Source of the DNA: Octopus sinensis
Lineage: Eukaryota
DNA: 64,000 nt
Direction of reading: 5' to 3'
NCBI RefSeq assembly: GCF_006345805.1
Contig: NC_043003.1
Span: forward strand, 15,500,001 to 15,564,000
The notes under the pieces are model-generated. The model was not told where the DNA came from and did not search any database. It saw only the letters and a program-made list of their open reading frames with translations. Of the stretch, positions 11,057 through 25,039 are shown piece by piece. Numbering within the stretch: the stretch's first letter is position 1; every line of letters begins with the position of its first letter. The position numbers were made by a program, and so were the translations under genes.

Positions 11057-12094
11057 CCCTGAATAATGATCTGATACGTTAAACTCTTGTCTATCCACCC
11101 TGGTGAAGGACGCTCTCTCTCTCTCTCACACACACATACACAGTTATATCTATCTATATATATTATAAAGTAAAAGCAGGAAAATTACATACAAAAGTCA
11201 CAGAAGATATACGTCCATCATATAAATAATATTGTATTAATAGATAAATATATAAAGTGTGATTACTTTTAAAAGATTTGAAACGATCGTTTCATGAATG
11301 TTGTACGCTTCGAAATGAAATCCAAAATTGATAATCATTATTAGGTAATACATCCACTCGTCAGAGAAAAGGATGAATTTCCGTATAGTCAATCGGATGA
11401 GAGGGATGCTATTTAAAATCGTATGATAAAGATGTTTAAAAAGCTACTGGTATTGTTATCGGTATGTGTATTGGTACAACGTTGGGCTAAAATGTTTTTT
11501 AAAATAATACAAATCCATGGTAAAATCCCTTGTAGTAATCCATAATGGCTGTGAGTAGATAAAAGTCCCATAATTCCTTTTCTCTTCAGTATGTAATCCA
11601 TAAATGTAAAAAAATACGTTATTACACATATGGGATCAACATAAAGGAGACAACACAAGGTGAGGATGAAAAAAAAAAATTATAGAACTGTCAGCAGTTC
11701 AGATTAAGCGGTTCACTGTCAGCCGTCAGCAGAGAGCGTTTAACCTTGTGTAACAGTAATCGTAGTGTGTTGTGTGAATACTTTCTCCCTGCTTCGTTAA
11801 ATTATTCATCCAACACCAGGATATAAAGATTTATAATAAGTGTAGATAGGATGTTAAATATGGAATAAGGCTAGAAATTAACTACGAGTGAAAACTAAAA
11901 TGAACGTATGGAAGAACAGTAAACAGACTTCAAATTTTCTTTGACTTGTTTCCCTCAGAGGATTGCGGCTATGCTGGGGCCTCCGTCGAAGGGTTTCCTC
12001 GAGCTGTCGACCTCAGTAGATATTTTAAAGCGTGGTACTTATTCTATTGGTGTCTTTTGCTGCACCGCTCAATTAGGGAGATGGTGGGAGAACA

Positions 12095-12152
<58 letters not shown>

Positions 12153-12409
12153 AACACACACACACACACACACACAAAGGACTTGCAAACAGTTTCCTCT
12201 TTGCCCAAGGTGTCGCGTAGTGAGATTGAACCCGAAAATATGTAATTGCAAAACGAGCTTCTTAACCACCCAACCAAATCTGCATTTATAATGATCTGTG
12301 CGAGACAGAGTCTAATTAAAGATTGAATGAAAAATTCTTGAATTTTAGAGGTGGTTTTCAGAAACAATAAGGTTTTGAGATTGGAATTATAAGAGTTTGA
12401 CGCTAAAAG

Positions 12410-12444
<35 letters not shown>

Positions 12445-12464
12445 GAGAGTGAGAGAGAGTGAGA

Positions 12465-12510
<46 letters not shown>

Positions 12511-13639
12511 GAGAACTGACATACTAGAAATACCTCTCAGGGATAGTCAGATGTGTTAAGCAGCTTGGGACGGAATTAATATGCAATTCTCATCTTCATT
12601 TCTTTTTCACATTCATTCTAAAGTAAACCAATATATCTAATCAAGAATCTTGCACAAGGAGCTATCATTTGAGAATATCATAGATTTCAGCGCCATTTCT
12701 CATTACTTTGGTTTATAACGTTTGAAGCGAAAATATCCTTTTGAGAGAAACAAGTGGCTTTTCCTTTAAATATGTATTTTTTTAAATAACAGCCATTTTG
12801 TTTTTATCTGCTTGCAAGACACGGACACTTCCTTTGGGAGATGTTGTAACACACGTTGTTACTTAGCGTGCAATAATTTTGTTTTGCTTGTAAGTATTTC
12901 ATTCTTAACTCAGTTTCATTCGATAGAAAATTACACGGTTGGTCTTGGATATTTTGCGATGTATTTTTCTTTTCGTAAATTATCGATTTGCTTAGTTATA
13001 GTTTTTAACGAAACATTAACGTACGTTTCGGCTGTTGTTTGTCTTCTAAACATCACTAATGATGTTCGCAGGTGTAGAGATATATTATAACAGATTGGAT
13101 TTATGTTTTTAATATACTTTTTATAATATGTAGAAATCACATTTTCTAACCTGATAGAAATAGCATGTTTCTTGGAGCTAGAATTTCATAAATTTTAGAT
13201 AGTTCAAAAATGACTGGAAGATATTTTACCTGTAAAGAGGCTTTTTTAACTACTGTCATGGAAAAAACATGTCACTTTCGGCGAAAGGTGTTAAAAACAT
13301 CAAAGTCACATCAGAGCACCTTCCTATTGACTGGGAGATGTATTTGTAGCTTTTTAGCTGTCTTCAGTGCCAGATACCAAGTGAAGCTACTCCGAGTTGG
13401 CTGGGAGATTTTGCTTCTTTATAAGAAATCAGATGATACTACCCACCGACATCAGGCGACGACCGCCAGGCCGGTGCAACATATACAGGTCTTTCTCAAA
13501 GCAGTGGTGTAAAATAAACAAACTTTAGATCAGTCCAAATATGTTAGGATTTTTCACTGCGGTTTACCAAGAAAAATCCTTCACCAACGAGCTATCTTCA
13601 TATTAAAGGGTGATGGCTCACTTCTAAAGATTATTCACG

Positions 13640-13810
13640 AATGTAGGTTATTCCTTTAACATATCGGAGGCCATTATAGTAGAAGTAGAATAGACAGGGA
13701 GAAAACCGGCTCCAGCTTGTCGGTTAGGGGCTGGAGCGTATCCGTTAGAGACTGAATGCCGATGAATCGAGAGGCCCTACTCTGGATGCGAACTAGGATG
13801 TCAGTGTGAA
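13640..13810 (-). mobile_element. CR1-group (Daphne/Crack-like) LINE RT C-terminal relic
   Basis: Minus strand HTDILVRIQSRASRFIGIQSLTDTLQPL, then frameshifted FYFYYNGL; resembles the LDRIQ..A.RLIG...L...LQPL..RR...FYRYY.G motif. Confidence 0.55.
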
Positions 13811-14009
13811 TAAATATTTTGGCGAAATATTCGGTAGAGTATCACATAAAGAAATGTAACAATGCGTTTTTACATATTATCTAATAAGTTATGTAATAGA
13901 ATAGTATTTGGAATTATCCACGCTTCTGAAACACGTATAATGAGGTTTCGAACTATTTGTTCCTTTTTACTGTATATATACATACATAGATATATACATA
14001 CACATGTAC

Positions 14010-14257
14010 GTACAAACCGCTAAGTTACGGGTGTGTAAACACACCAACATCGGTTGTCAAGCGACGGTGGGAAGACACACAAATACATACATATATACAT
14101 ATATATATGTATATATATAATATTAATTAGAGACAAAACCACTATTATGCAAATCAAACAATAAAACTATAAAATTGGATTCAATCCCAAATCTGATTTT
14201 TCCCTGTAAATTTGGATTTATTCCCTAATATTTATTATTATAGTATATATATATATG

Positions 14258-14323
<66 letters not shown>

Positions 14324-14480
14324 ATATACACAACGGGCTACCAAATCCACTCTACAAAATCCATTCACAAGGCTTTATTCGGCCCGAGGGTATAGAAAAC
14401 ACTTGCCCAAAGTACCACGCAGTGGGATTGAACCCGGAACCATGCGATTGGGAAACAAGCTCCTCGCCACACAGCCACTT
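14010..14480 (-). mobile_element. Degenerate SINE family A interrupted in its internal (TA)n by a 120-bp PLE-like insert (about 14118-14240)
   Basis: Family A body on both sides of the TA tract. The insert TTAGAGACAAAACCACTATTATGCAAATCAAACAA recurs at about 48685 and is related to 42960. Confidence 0.6.
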
Positions 14481-14494
14481 CTATATATATATGT

Positions 14495-14534
<40 letters not shown>

Positions 14535-15075
14535 CTCAAATATATACCTGTGTCAGTAACATATTTGTCATCACCCAGTTAAATATTCCTTAACATAAAA
14601 AAAAATTCGCTAAGCAAATTCCAAACCTTACATAATGAACTGATATTGCATTTCAAGAATTACATTAATATTTGTATTCCTGCAAAACCTTTTCTGTTAA
14701 ACTCGTGGCCTTATTAAGAAATTGTTCAGAAGATGGTAACAAGAATATCGAGGATAAATATGTTGATTATCAAGTCAAATTTGTGACTTGCGGTTATTGA
14801 TGCTTAACAAAAATATACTAGCATTTTATATCATTCATAAAAATTAGAAAAATATCGAAGAAGATTAATTTCAAATGAATTTCGGGAATATTTACAGCTC
14901 TTCAACCTTAATGAAAAGTTGCTGGTCAAAAACTATAATAAATATTGTAGGATATGTTAAAATATCGGCGATTACAAATAATAGATATATGAGAAAGTTG
15001 ATAGCAGTCTGACGAGTGGAAACGTGGAAACATTAACAAATTAATAAACTTGGAATAGATTAAACAGATATGTAG

Positions 15076-15147
<72 letters not shown>

Positions 15148-15394
15148 TTAATAATAATATTTTCACAGCGATAATGCTCTTCTCAGTATATATTATTAAT
15201 ATGTACTGAGAAGAGCATTATCGATGTGAAAACAACATCCATTCATGAATTTATTTATTCATTAAGTTTTTAAATACATATTTTACCTGTGAATTTGTGT
15301 GTGTAATCTGGGAATGCATACAATGAGCTTCTATGCCCTAGGTGTACGGAAAACACTCGGCGAGAAACGGAAGAAAATTTGGAGAAAGAAGGAA

Positions 15395-15395
15395 A

Positions 15396-15438
<43 letters not shown>

Positions 15439-15467
15439 TAATAATAATAATAATGATAATAATAATA

Positions 15468-15541
<74 letters not shown>

Positions 15542-15564
15542 GAAGAAGAAGAAGAAGAAGAAGA
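15395..15564. repeat. (TAA)n then (GAA)n microsatellite
   Basis: Directly visible; immediately upstream of the Dong fragment. Confidence 0.95.
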
Positions 15565-15990
15565 AACAACGAAAGCTGTAAAACAACTGCAATCCAAACT
15601 AAAACTGGAACAACAACGGATCATGATAAAACAATATGGCAGATAGTGGGTAAAACTAAGCAGAAAAGAAATAGACAAAGCAAAATCCCAATAATGGCGG
15701 AGAAGTTCAGGACTCAAAGCAGAGACTGAAGGATTTTTAATTGCAGTACAAAATCAAAGCCTCCCCACCAGAAATTACCAGAAACATGTAATGAAGAGAA
15801 GCACAAATAACAACAGAATATGTGGAGATGGAGCGGAAACAATAAGTCATATTGTCACTGGCTGCCCGGTCCTGGTTAACAAGGAATATTTTCATAGACA
15901 CGACAGAGTTGGGACCTACTTACACTGGAAGCTATGCCAACACTACGGAATAACAACAGAAAAAAGATGGTATTGGCACACCCTAGAAAA
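15565..15990 (+). mobile_element. Dong/R4-clade LINE internal fragment (CCHC zinc-knuckle region)
   Basis: SSGLKAETEGFLIAVQNQSLPTRNY...RICGDGAETISHIVTGC...HRHDRVGTYLHWKLCQHYG...WYWH; typical R4/Dong motif upstream of the RLE. Confidence 0.85.
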
Positions 15991-16871
<881 letters not shown>

Positions 16872-16875
16872 AGTG

Positions 16876-17051
16876 AAACGGATTAAGTCGATTATATCGA
16901 CCCCAGTGCGTAGCTGGTACTTATTTAATCGACCCCGAAAGGATGAAAGGCAAAGTCGACCTCGGTGGAATTTGAACTCAGAATGTAACGGCAGATGAAA
17001 TACCGCTAAGCATTTCGCCCGGCGTGCTAACGTTTCTGCCAGCTCGCCGCC
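16876..17051 (-). mobile_element. SINE family B (partial)
   Basis: Head and central domain as in 8457-8688. Confidence 0.85.
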
Positions 17052-17360
17052 TTAATATATATATATTTCTCTTATGGCATATCAAAAATATATGAAATTC
17101 TCTGAAAGAAAAAAAACATTTTCTCATGGATAAAAGTTATGTGATTATTAAGAGCGAAAATTATCATTTTTCTTTGCTGTTACATTAATCTGATGCCAGT
17201 TTCATTGAGACTACCAAGAACTATTTAGCCCTTTGCCTGCCCAAAGCATTTTCTTAACTTTGTCCTAAACTTCCAAACTTTATTTAGCTCCTGTTTCATA
17301 CGTTCTGAGGAATATAAAACTTTGCTTTCATAAGTCCCATATTACTTTGGTGGCTCTCTC

Positions 17361-17791
17361 TTACTCTTTTACTCTTTTAGTCATTGTTTTAGTCATTTGA
17401 CTGCGGCCATTCTGGAGCACCGCCTTTAGTAGAACAAATCGACCCCCAGGATTTATTCTTTGTGAGCCTAGTACTTATTCTATCGGTCTCTTTTGCCGAA
17501 CCGCTAAGTTACGGGGACGTAAACACACCAGCATCGGTTGTCAAGCGACGTTGGGGGGAACAAACAGACACACAAACACACACACACACACGCACACAAC
17601 ACATACACACACACACATATATATACATATATACGACGGGCTTCTTTCAGTTTCCTTCAACCAAATCCACTCACAAGACTTTGGTCGACCCGAGGCTATA
17701 GTAGAAGACACTTGCCCAAGGTGCCACGCAGTAGGACTGAACCCGGAACCATGTGGTTGGTAAGCAAGCTACTTACCACACTGCCACTCCT
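17361..17791 (-). mobile_element. SINE family A, full length
   Basis: Same head, body and tail as 1026-1455. Confidence 0.9.
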
Positions 17792-18668
17792 CAGGAATAT
17801 GTATTGCATACGATGCGTAGATGTCAAGGAAATACGCCCCGTGTACCACATGTAATGCACAAGACAGGCAAAGGGTTAATAAAAAACAGTTTGTACTAAA
17901 GGATAACAAGAAAAAGAGAAGCTAACTAAATTATATTTAATGAAGAACAGAGCCAACTTGAACAATAAGAATGATCGTCTCAAATCTCTATTCAAGTTCA
18001 TATGCTTATAAGACATAGTTTATCGTAGGTTTTAAGGCTGAGGATGAGGAAATATTAATTTTATTTTGATAAGATTTCGTATAACTGTCTAGTTTCCTTC
18101 TGGCGTGTTTTGATCAAATTAAGTTCCATACTTTTCAAATTATAAGTATTTATGAACTAAAATATTTTGAATTGGACGCTATCAGGGATAACTTAGAATT
18201 TTATGGTCAACTTCAATTGTATTAACGTGTTTCTAGAGACAAAAAGAGCTTTAAGGGTATTTTTATGGTTTTGTTCTTTCTTTATAACTATACTGCACAT
18301 GCGCAGACATTTACTGAATAAACTGCAAATATTAAATTTTGTAGGACGGCAAAATTGAAATATTTATGATTTTCCAAATGAATATTGTAAGTTGTATGTC
18401 CCTCTCTCACTTTCTCTTTCTCTCTCACTCTCACACACACACACACACACATACATACGCACACACGCACCTCCATATATGTAAATGTTCGTCAATTTTT
18501 AGACGCCATAATGTTTAAATATTATCCTCCATTTTTAAAAACAAGATGGACATACGTGTTATATCGTGAGGTTTATAATATACATAGACTGGGATTATAA
18601 TATCGTATAATTATCACTAATCCATATCCCTGATAGATATGTTCTGTTAATATTGTAGTACTTACAAA

Positions 18669-19060
18669 GGCAGTGATCTGGCAGAAACGTTAGCACGCCG
18701 GGCGAAATGCGTAACCGTATTTCGTCTTTCGTTACGTTCCGAGTTCAAATTCCGCCGAGGTCGACTTTGCCTTTCATCCTTTCCGGATCGAAAAATTAAG
18801 TACCAGTTACGCACTGGGTCGATATAATCGACTGAATCCCTTTGTCTGTCCTTGTTTGTTCTCTCTGTGTTTAGCCCCTTGTGGGTAGTAAAGAAATAGG
18901 TATTTCGTCTGCCGCTACGTTCTGAGTTCAAATTCCACCGAGGTCAACTTTGCCTTTCATCCTTTCGGGGTCGATAAATTAAGTACCAGTTGTGTACTGG
19001 GGTCGATTGGCCCCCTTCCTACGAAATATCAGGCCTTGTGCCTAGAGTAGAAAAGAATAT
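18669..19060 (+). mobile_element. SINE family B dimer with terminal tail
   Basis: Head, unit, GAAATAG|GTATTTCG junction, second unit, then tail CAGGCCTTGTGCCTAGAGTAGAAAAGAAT. Confidence 0.88.
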
Positions 19061-20184
19061 TGTAGCATGTATGCTGTATTATATTTAACATACTGAATAT
19101 TCGCTCTGACAATAAAAAACTAGGCCTTCTGTATTTTCTAAATATTCATTAAAAATTTATAGAGTTAATGGTAGTAGAAGAGACTTGATATTTTATTTAT
19201 CGGCTCTTAAAAATAATTATTGGGGGCGACTAAATCTCTCAGGCTGGTGCCCCAGCCTGGTTGCAGTCCAAAGATGGATTCTTCTGTCGCAAACGACGAA
19301 TGAGATTTCCGCAATTTCTTGCAAAACAACCTGCATAACAATGATTTCTTTGTAGTGATAAAATGTTTTTGCTACAGATTGATCATGAACACGTCAAATC
19401 ACCTCATCCGGGAATCGAAACAGACAATCTTGCAATCGCGAGTGGGACACGCTAACCAACAAGGTCAAGACCGAAACAAGTGAAAAACGGTGCGAAACCA
19501 GATTTCTTCGGGAACATCAGCGTTGTACCAACAGTGGGAAAAAATCACCTGACCTCATATCTTGTTCTTCTGTATCACTATCTAGTCGTGTTGGATGGTC
19601 ATATCCCGCGGCCGGTTTAATCAACTATAATCAGGAACCGTGTAAACAATAGTCTAGTCAACAGAAATCGATAGCTTAAGGATCGCTCTTCATTACAACA
19701 CTGTACAGCTTCTGTTCAGAAGGTGTTGGCTTTTGCCGAAAGTGTCGAGAAAAACGAGTGCGTCATCATGATATTAGATTCAGTAGTTTCCAGGCGAATC
19801 AATTAATTATAATTGTGTCTGTCGATAAGGTTTTAGAAAAGCCTCAGGTAAACAGCAGAGAAACAAAAAAATGAATGAAGAAAGAAAAAATAAAACAAAA
19901 ATCAAGAGCAAAAGCAAAAAAAAAAAAAAATTGTCAGAAACAAGAGAAATCGAGAAAGCAAAAGAAAATACGCAGAGAGAAGAAATAAAAGCCTTTCTCC
20001 AAATCTCGAGAAAATTATATCAAATTTCTGTCTAAAACACGAGATGATTTTTCGATGTTAATGTAACTGGTTATCATATACAAGCCTAAAATATCAGCAC
20101 ACACAAATACTCAAACACATACGTACAGTAGCACACAAAGGTATATAAACATACTATGAACAAATAACGTAAGTATTATATATA

Positions 20185-20231
<47 letters not shown>

Positions 20232-20417
20232 ATATATATATGCAGTTAAATGAAATTAAAATAACATTTAAACGTATCATAAACTATGACATACTGTATA
20301 TGTGTGTGTGTGTGTGTTATTTTAATTTTTGTATACGTAGGTATGAATATGTGTATATGCTTATATATGTGTGTGTGTTTGCATATATACATGCATTTAT
20401 ATATATATTATATATAT

Positions 20418-20462
<45 letters not shown>

Positions 20463-20621
20463 CATATATAATACGTGTATGCAACATACCTATACAACGC
20501 ACAAATTGTGTACCTGTCTTTCTGTCTATCTATCTATGTGTGTATATACGCACATATATATATATATATTATATCATATTATATTATATATTAATTATTA
20601 TTATATTATATTATATTATAT

Positions 20622-20659
<38 letters not shown>

Positions 20660-20894
20660 GTCCTTGTGTAGCTCGTCCTGTTTTGTTTTTCGTTTTCTGT
20701 TTTCGTTTTCGTTTTCTTGTTTTTTGTTTTTTGGCTTTTTCCGTTTCTACACGTCTTATTGTGATGTCCTGTACTCCCGTATAATTATTTATATATGCAT
20801 GTATATATACATGTAGATGTAGGTACGTACATATATGTTTGTATGTATGCATATATTTTTATTTATCTCCATATATATATATATATATATATAT

Positions 20895-20946
<52 letters not shown>

Positions 20947-21322
20947 TAAAAACGGTAAGATAACAAAAGAAAGAAAGAAAGAGGACCTCAATATTATGTA
21001 AATAGAGGAATTGATCTGTAAAATATTATGTGACAATTATTCGGTAGCCAAGATAAAACTCGGATGCCGAAGTGGAAATCCTCACCACCATCTCTTCGGT
21101 TATCTGACCATCTGATATATATGAGACAGGCAGAAAGAAGGAAAATGCCACTTGTATTTGAACACTACGCAAATATTCTTTAAAATAAACTTTTCATTTA
21201 ATTTTTCCAAAATTTAATTGTTTTCCATAATTACAGTTGAAAAAGTCTCAATAACTGAAACCGGTACTGAAATTTTTTTTTATAAAAAATTATATTACCA
21301 TTTTCTATCTTGACATTTTTTC

Positions 21323-21397
<75 letters not shown>

Positions 21398-21805
21398 AAG
21401 GGAAAAAAGATCACATCACATTTAAACAGTATCTGGCCAAAGTTCTCCAAGGGATACCAAATACACAAACTATATATGGATACAACTCACTCGAATGGGC
21501 TACGTTACCAACAGACTGACTTTAAAACGGTTTAGCAAATTGTAACAGGTGGGGGCTATTGAGTTAGACATAGCTTGGTCAATCTTTCGTCGAAGTTGAT
21601 ATGGTTCGGTAAAAGAGATGATAGAATAAGTACTAAACTTACAAAGAATAAGTACTGAGGTCGATTAGTTCGTCTAAAGGCGGTGCTCCCGCATAGCCGG
21701 AGTCAAATGATTGAATCAACTAAAAGAATATATATATATATATATATATAGATATAAATATAATAATAATATAATAATAATAATAATAATAAAATAATGA
21801 TAATA

Positions 21806-21864
<59 letters not shown>

Positions 21865-21867
<3 letters not shown>

Positions 21868-22444
21868 TGAGGGAATATTATTCCAAACTTACAGGGAAAA
21901 TTCAATTTAGAAATACTAAATCAAATTTCACAAAATGTAATATATATATCCATAAATTAGAAAAAAACCCACCTTTTATCAATTCAATAATGAAAAATTG
22001 AATTATACCATCTAGAAAATTGCATATTATAGAAAGATTAAATACAAGATAAAACATATAACGATGATTAAGTAATGTGCAAAATAATAAATAAAACGTA
22101 TATATTTGGTAGAATAACGACACGTGTTTCGTGGCTATATTTAAGAAATGATAATAGTAAAAATAATAGTTGTAGTAGTAAAATCCCTTCATTATAAATA
22201 TAGCCACTCTTCAGGTTAAAGATAACAACAATATATTTATATTGAAGTGATTTTACTACTACTACTATTATTTTTACTATTATCATTTCTTAAATATAGC
22301 CACGAAACACGTGTCGTTATTCTACGAAATATATACGTTTTATTTATTATTTTGCACATTACTTAATCATCGTTATATGTTTTGTCGTATATTTAAGCTT
22401 TCTATGATATGTAATTTTCTAGATGGTATAATTTAATTTTTCAT
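21865..22444. mobile_element. PLE-like fold-back element with 196-bp inverted arms (21990-22185 and 22249-22444)
   Basis: The arms are reverse complements with scattered mismatches. The left end CCAAACTTACAGGGAAAATTCAATTTAG is shared with about 42900 and (reverse) about 14200. Follows a (TAA)n array. Confidence 0.75.
22115..22218 (-). ncRNA. Type I hammerhead ribozyme with extended stem II
   Basis: Minus strand TAAC-CTGAAGA-GTGGCTATATTT-(53 nt)-AAATATAGCCAC-GAA-AC-ACGT-GT-C-GTTA. Canonical core, perfect 12-bp stem II, palindromic stem III ACACGTGT, GUC site. Confidence 0.82.
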
Positions 22445-22460
22445 CGACCTCAATTTAATT

Positions 22461-22621
22461 TTACATCGACCTCAGTGCGTAACTGATACTTAATTTATCG
22501 ACCCCGAAAGGATGAAAGGTAAAGTCGACCTTGGTGGAATTTGAACACAGAACGTAACGGCAGACGAAATACCACTAATCGTTTCGCCCAGCGTACTAAC
22601 ATTTCTGCCAGCTCACCATCT
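22461..22621 (-). mobile_element. SINE family B (partial)
   Basis: Head and central domain homology. Confidence 0.8.
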
Positions 22622-22657
22622 TGTGGGAAGCAAGCTTCTACCACACAGCCACATCTA

Positions 22658-22697
<40 letters not shown>

Positions 22698-22948
22698 CAC
22701 ACACGCACACACACACACACACACACATACATGTATGCGTGCTTGCCGTTGTATTTGATAACCGATGGTTGTTTATTTAAGTTTCTTTCATTTCGCTTTT
22801 CGACCCAAGAGATTGATAGAATACGTACCCGTTTTTCTATAAAACAAAAGCGCTAGGGTCGTTTTATTCGACTAAACAGTTCAAGGCGGTGCCACAGTAT
22901 GGCTGCTCTCCAATGTGAGAAACAAGAAAAAAGCTAAGAGATTTATTT

Positions 22949-23170
22949 ATTTCTTTACTACTCACAAGGGGCTAAACACAGAGTGGAGAAACAAGGACAG
23001 ACAAACGGATTAAGTCGATTATATCGACCCCAGTGCGTAACTGGTACTTATTTAATCGACCCCGAAAGGATGAAAGCCAAAGTCGACCTCGGCGGAATTT
23101 GAACACAGCTGCAGACGAAATACAGCTATGGTTTCGCCCGGCGTGCTAACGTTTCTGCCAGCTCGCCGCC
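22949..23170 (-). mobile_element. SINE family B monomer
   Basis: Homology to 8457-8688. Confidence 0.85.
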
Positions 23171-23574
23171 TTTAAAAGCCAACAGATACAACCAACATAT
23201 GGTACGAGATAAGTAAGAACGAAATTATATCAGCCATTGTCTAATATTTCAATTATTGCATCAACATTTCATCGCAATTAGTAGAGTAGACGAGAGAGAG
23301 CCACTACTAAATATATGTACACTGGTTGGCGTTGACAAATAGGATTGTTTAGAGAAAAAAGAAAAATAACTGATGGAGATTTATCATTTAATCTGTTCGG
23401 CTCTAGCGGAGAGTAATGAGCTGAATGATTTAACAAATAATAAACAGTGACATAGGCACAATAATAAGTTACTGTTCAGTAAAACACACGCACATCAGTT
23501 TGTCTTTGTATATATATGAATATAATTGTGTAACCGTGTGTATATATATAATATAATATAATACAATATAATGT

Positions 23575-24953
23575 AATATATATATAAAACTGAGAATGTG
23601 TGTCTGTCTGTCTGTCTCCCTTAAAACTTGAGAACTACACAAACAATTTCATTCAAATTTTACACGTGCCTTACTTAAGGTCCGGGGAGTATCATCGGCA
23701 AAAAGAAATTAACTTTTTCCCTAGGGCGACTCCACAGCAATATCATATCTTCTCCACTATTTCAGTATTACGTGTTAAAAGTGAAACAAAAACATCTCTC
23801 TATTGTAATGCAGACATTCACTTTAATACTGAAACTATTAACGTGAAAGTATTATATAACTGGGATGAACTATTAACAGTGGTCATCCATTTTGCTAGAA
23901 GAAGATCCGCTATGGTCTTATATGCCATACCACTGGTTTTCAATTCATATTAATCAAATTAATATTCAATTTTTCACCCTTATTATGTGTGTGTGTATTA
24001 GCAATTCGTATAAAATTGCATCAATGACTTGAACTTGAATAAGGGGTTTCACATAAATGGGGATAAATTAAAAAGGTTTGTTGTTATTATTATTACTGTT
24101 TGACTATTGTAATCACATTTGTTGGTTCCTCGTCAGGGAAACGTTGTTGTGTTGCATTTGTTAAATAATTGTAAATCGTAACCCTCCCCCTTTCGGAGAA
24201 GGGGCTTTGGTTATTGTTTAAAAATTGAATTGTGTCCCTGTTTGGGGAAATTGACAATATTTTCACCATTTATACGGAAGCATTTTTGTTAGAATGCCTT
24301 CATAGAAGAAAGTCCAAAAATGAATTTCGCTGCAGCCGTCGGCGGGCGCGAACTCATTAAAATTAAAATGGAAGAAGGATTGATCACCGACAAAGCCGGT
24401 TAATCTAGGATAACACCACCAAACGAAATAAACAAATTAAATTAAAGAAAAGACTATTGTCTATAAAGTATACAATGTAGAGAAAAAAAAACGATTTGAA
24501 CTGATGGACGAAAGCACCAACGAAAAGTGTCTTGGTGCGGCTATGAAAGATATCTAGCCAGAGGCGGTAAATTCGCCACAATAGAAGCAAGGTTCGATTC
24601 AACGGATCGTGCAAGGGAGTACTTGACTCGAACCTTGCAAAGTGGAAATATCTTATTTTTACCTTTATATCTGGGACCTTTATATCTGTCCCCCCTCCCC
24701 AGAAGTAGAGGTAGGCTGGATTGTAGCCACACTTCTATACAAGAGGGATGAGAAGATAAAATTGATCGAAATTGCAAGAGACGGGCCTACAATTCCAGTC
24801 TGTTATATATTTTGAGTATTGTTATCACTAGCAATATCAAGATATAACTTTGTATTTTGTATTTTGTGTGTAGACGTATATATATAGATGTACATGTACA
24901 CATATATACATGCACTAGCACTACGACCCACCAAAGACGGGTCATAATGCTAG
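23575..24953 (+). mobile_element. Putative Helitron-like element, about 1.4 kb
   Basis: 5' ATATATAAAACTGAGAATGTGTGTCTGTCTGTCTG (Helitron-like start with GTCT tract, but no clear TC). 3' hairpin GACCC-N9-GGGTC followed by CTAG|T at 24950-24954. That both ends belong to one element is inferred. Confidence 0.45.
24320..24760 (+). pseudogene. Decayed LINE ORF1-like fragment
   Basis: MNFAAAVGG..., KEKTIVYKVYNVEKKKRFELMDESTNEKCLGAAMKDI, then frameshifted YLARGGKFATIEARFDSTDRAREYLTRTLQSGNILFLPLYLG. Resembles the RRM-like N-terminus of LINE ORF1 proteins; judged from memory. Confidence 0.4.
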
Positions 24954-24957
24954 TATA

Positions 24958-24993
<36 letters not shown>

Positions 24994-25039
24994 GGTACGT
25001 AAAGTATTTGAGAAAAGTTATATATTTACACAGTAGAAG

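Noticed and set aside
13210-13512. 100-aa ORF in non-repetitive-looking sequence
   Set aside because: No recognisable motif on either strand. Weak LINE-like words on the minus strand are out of order relative to the adjacent CR1 relic.
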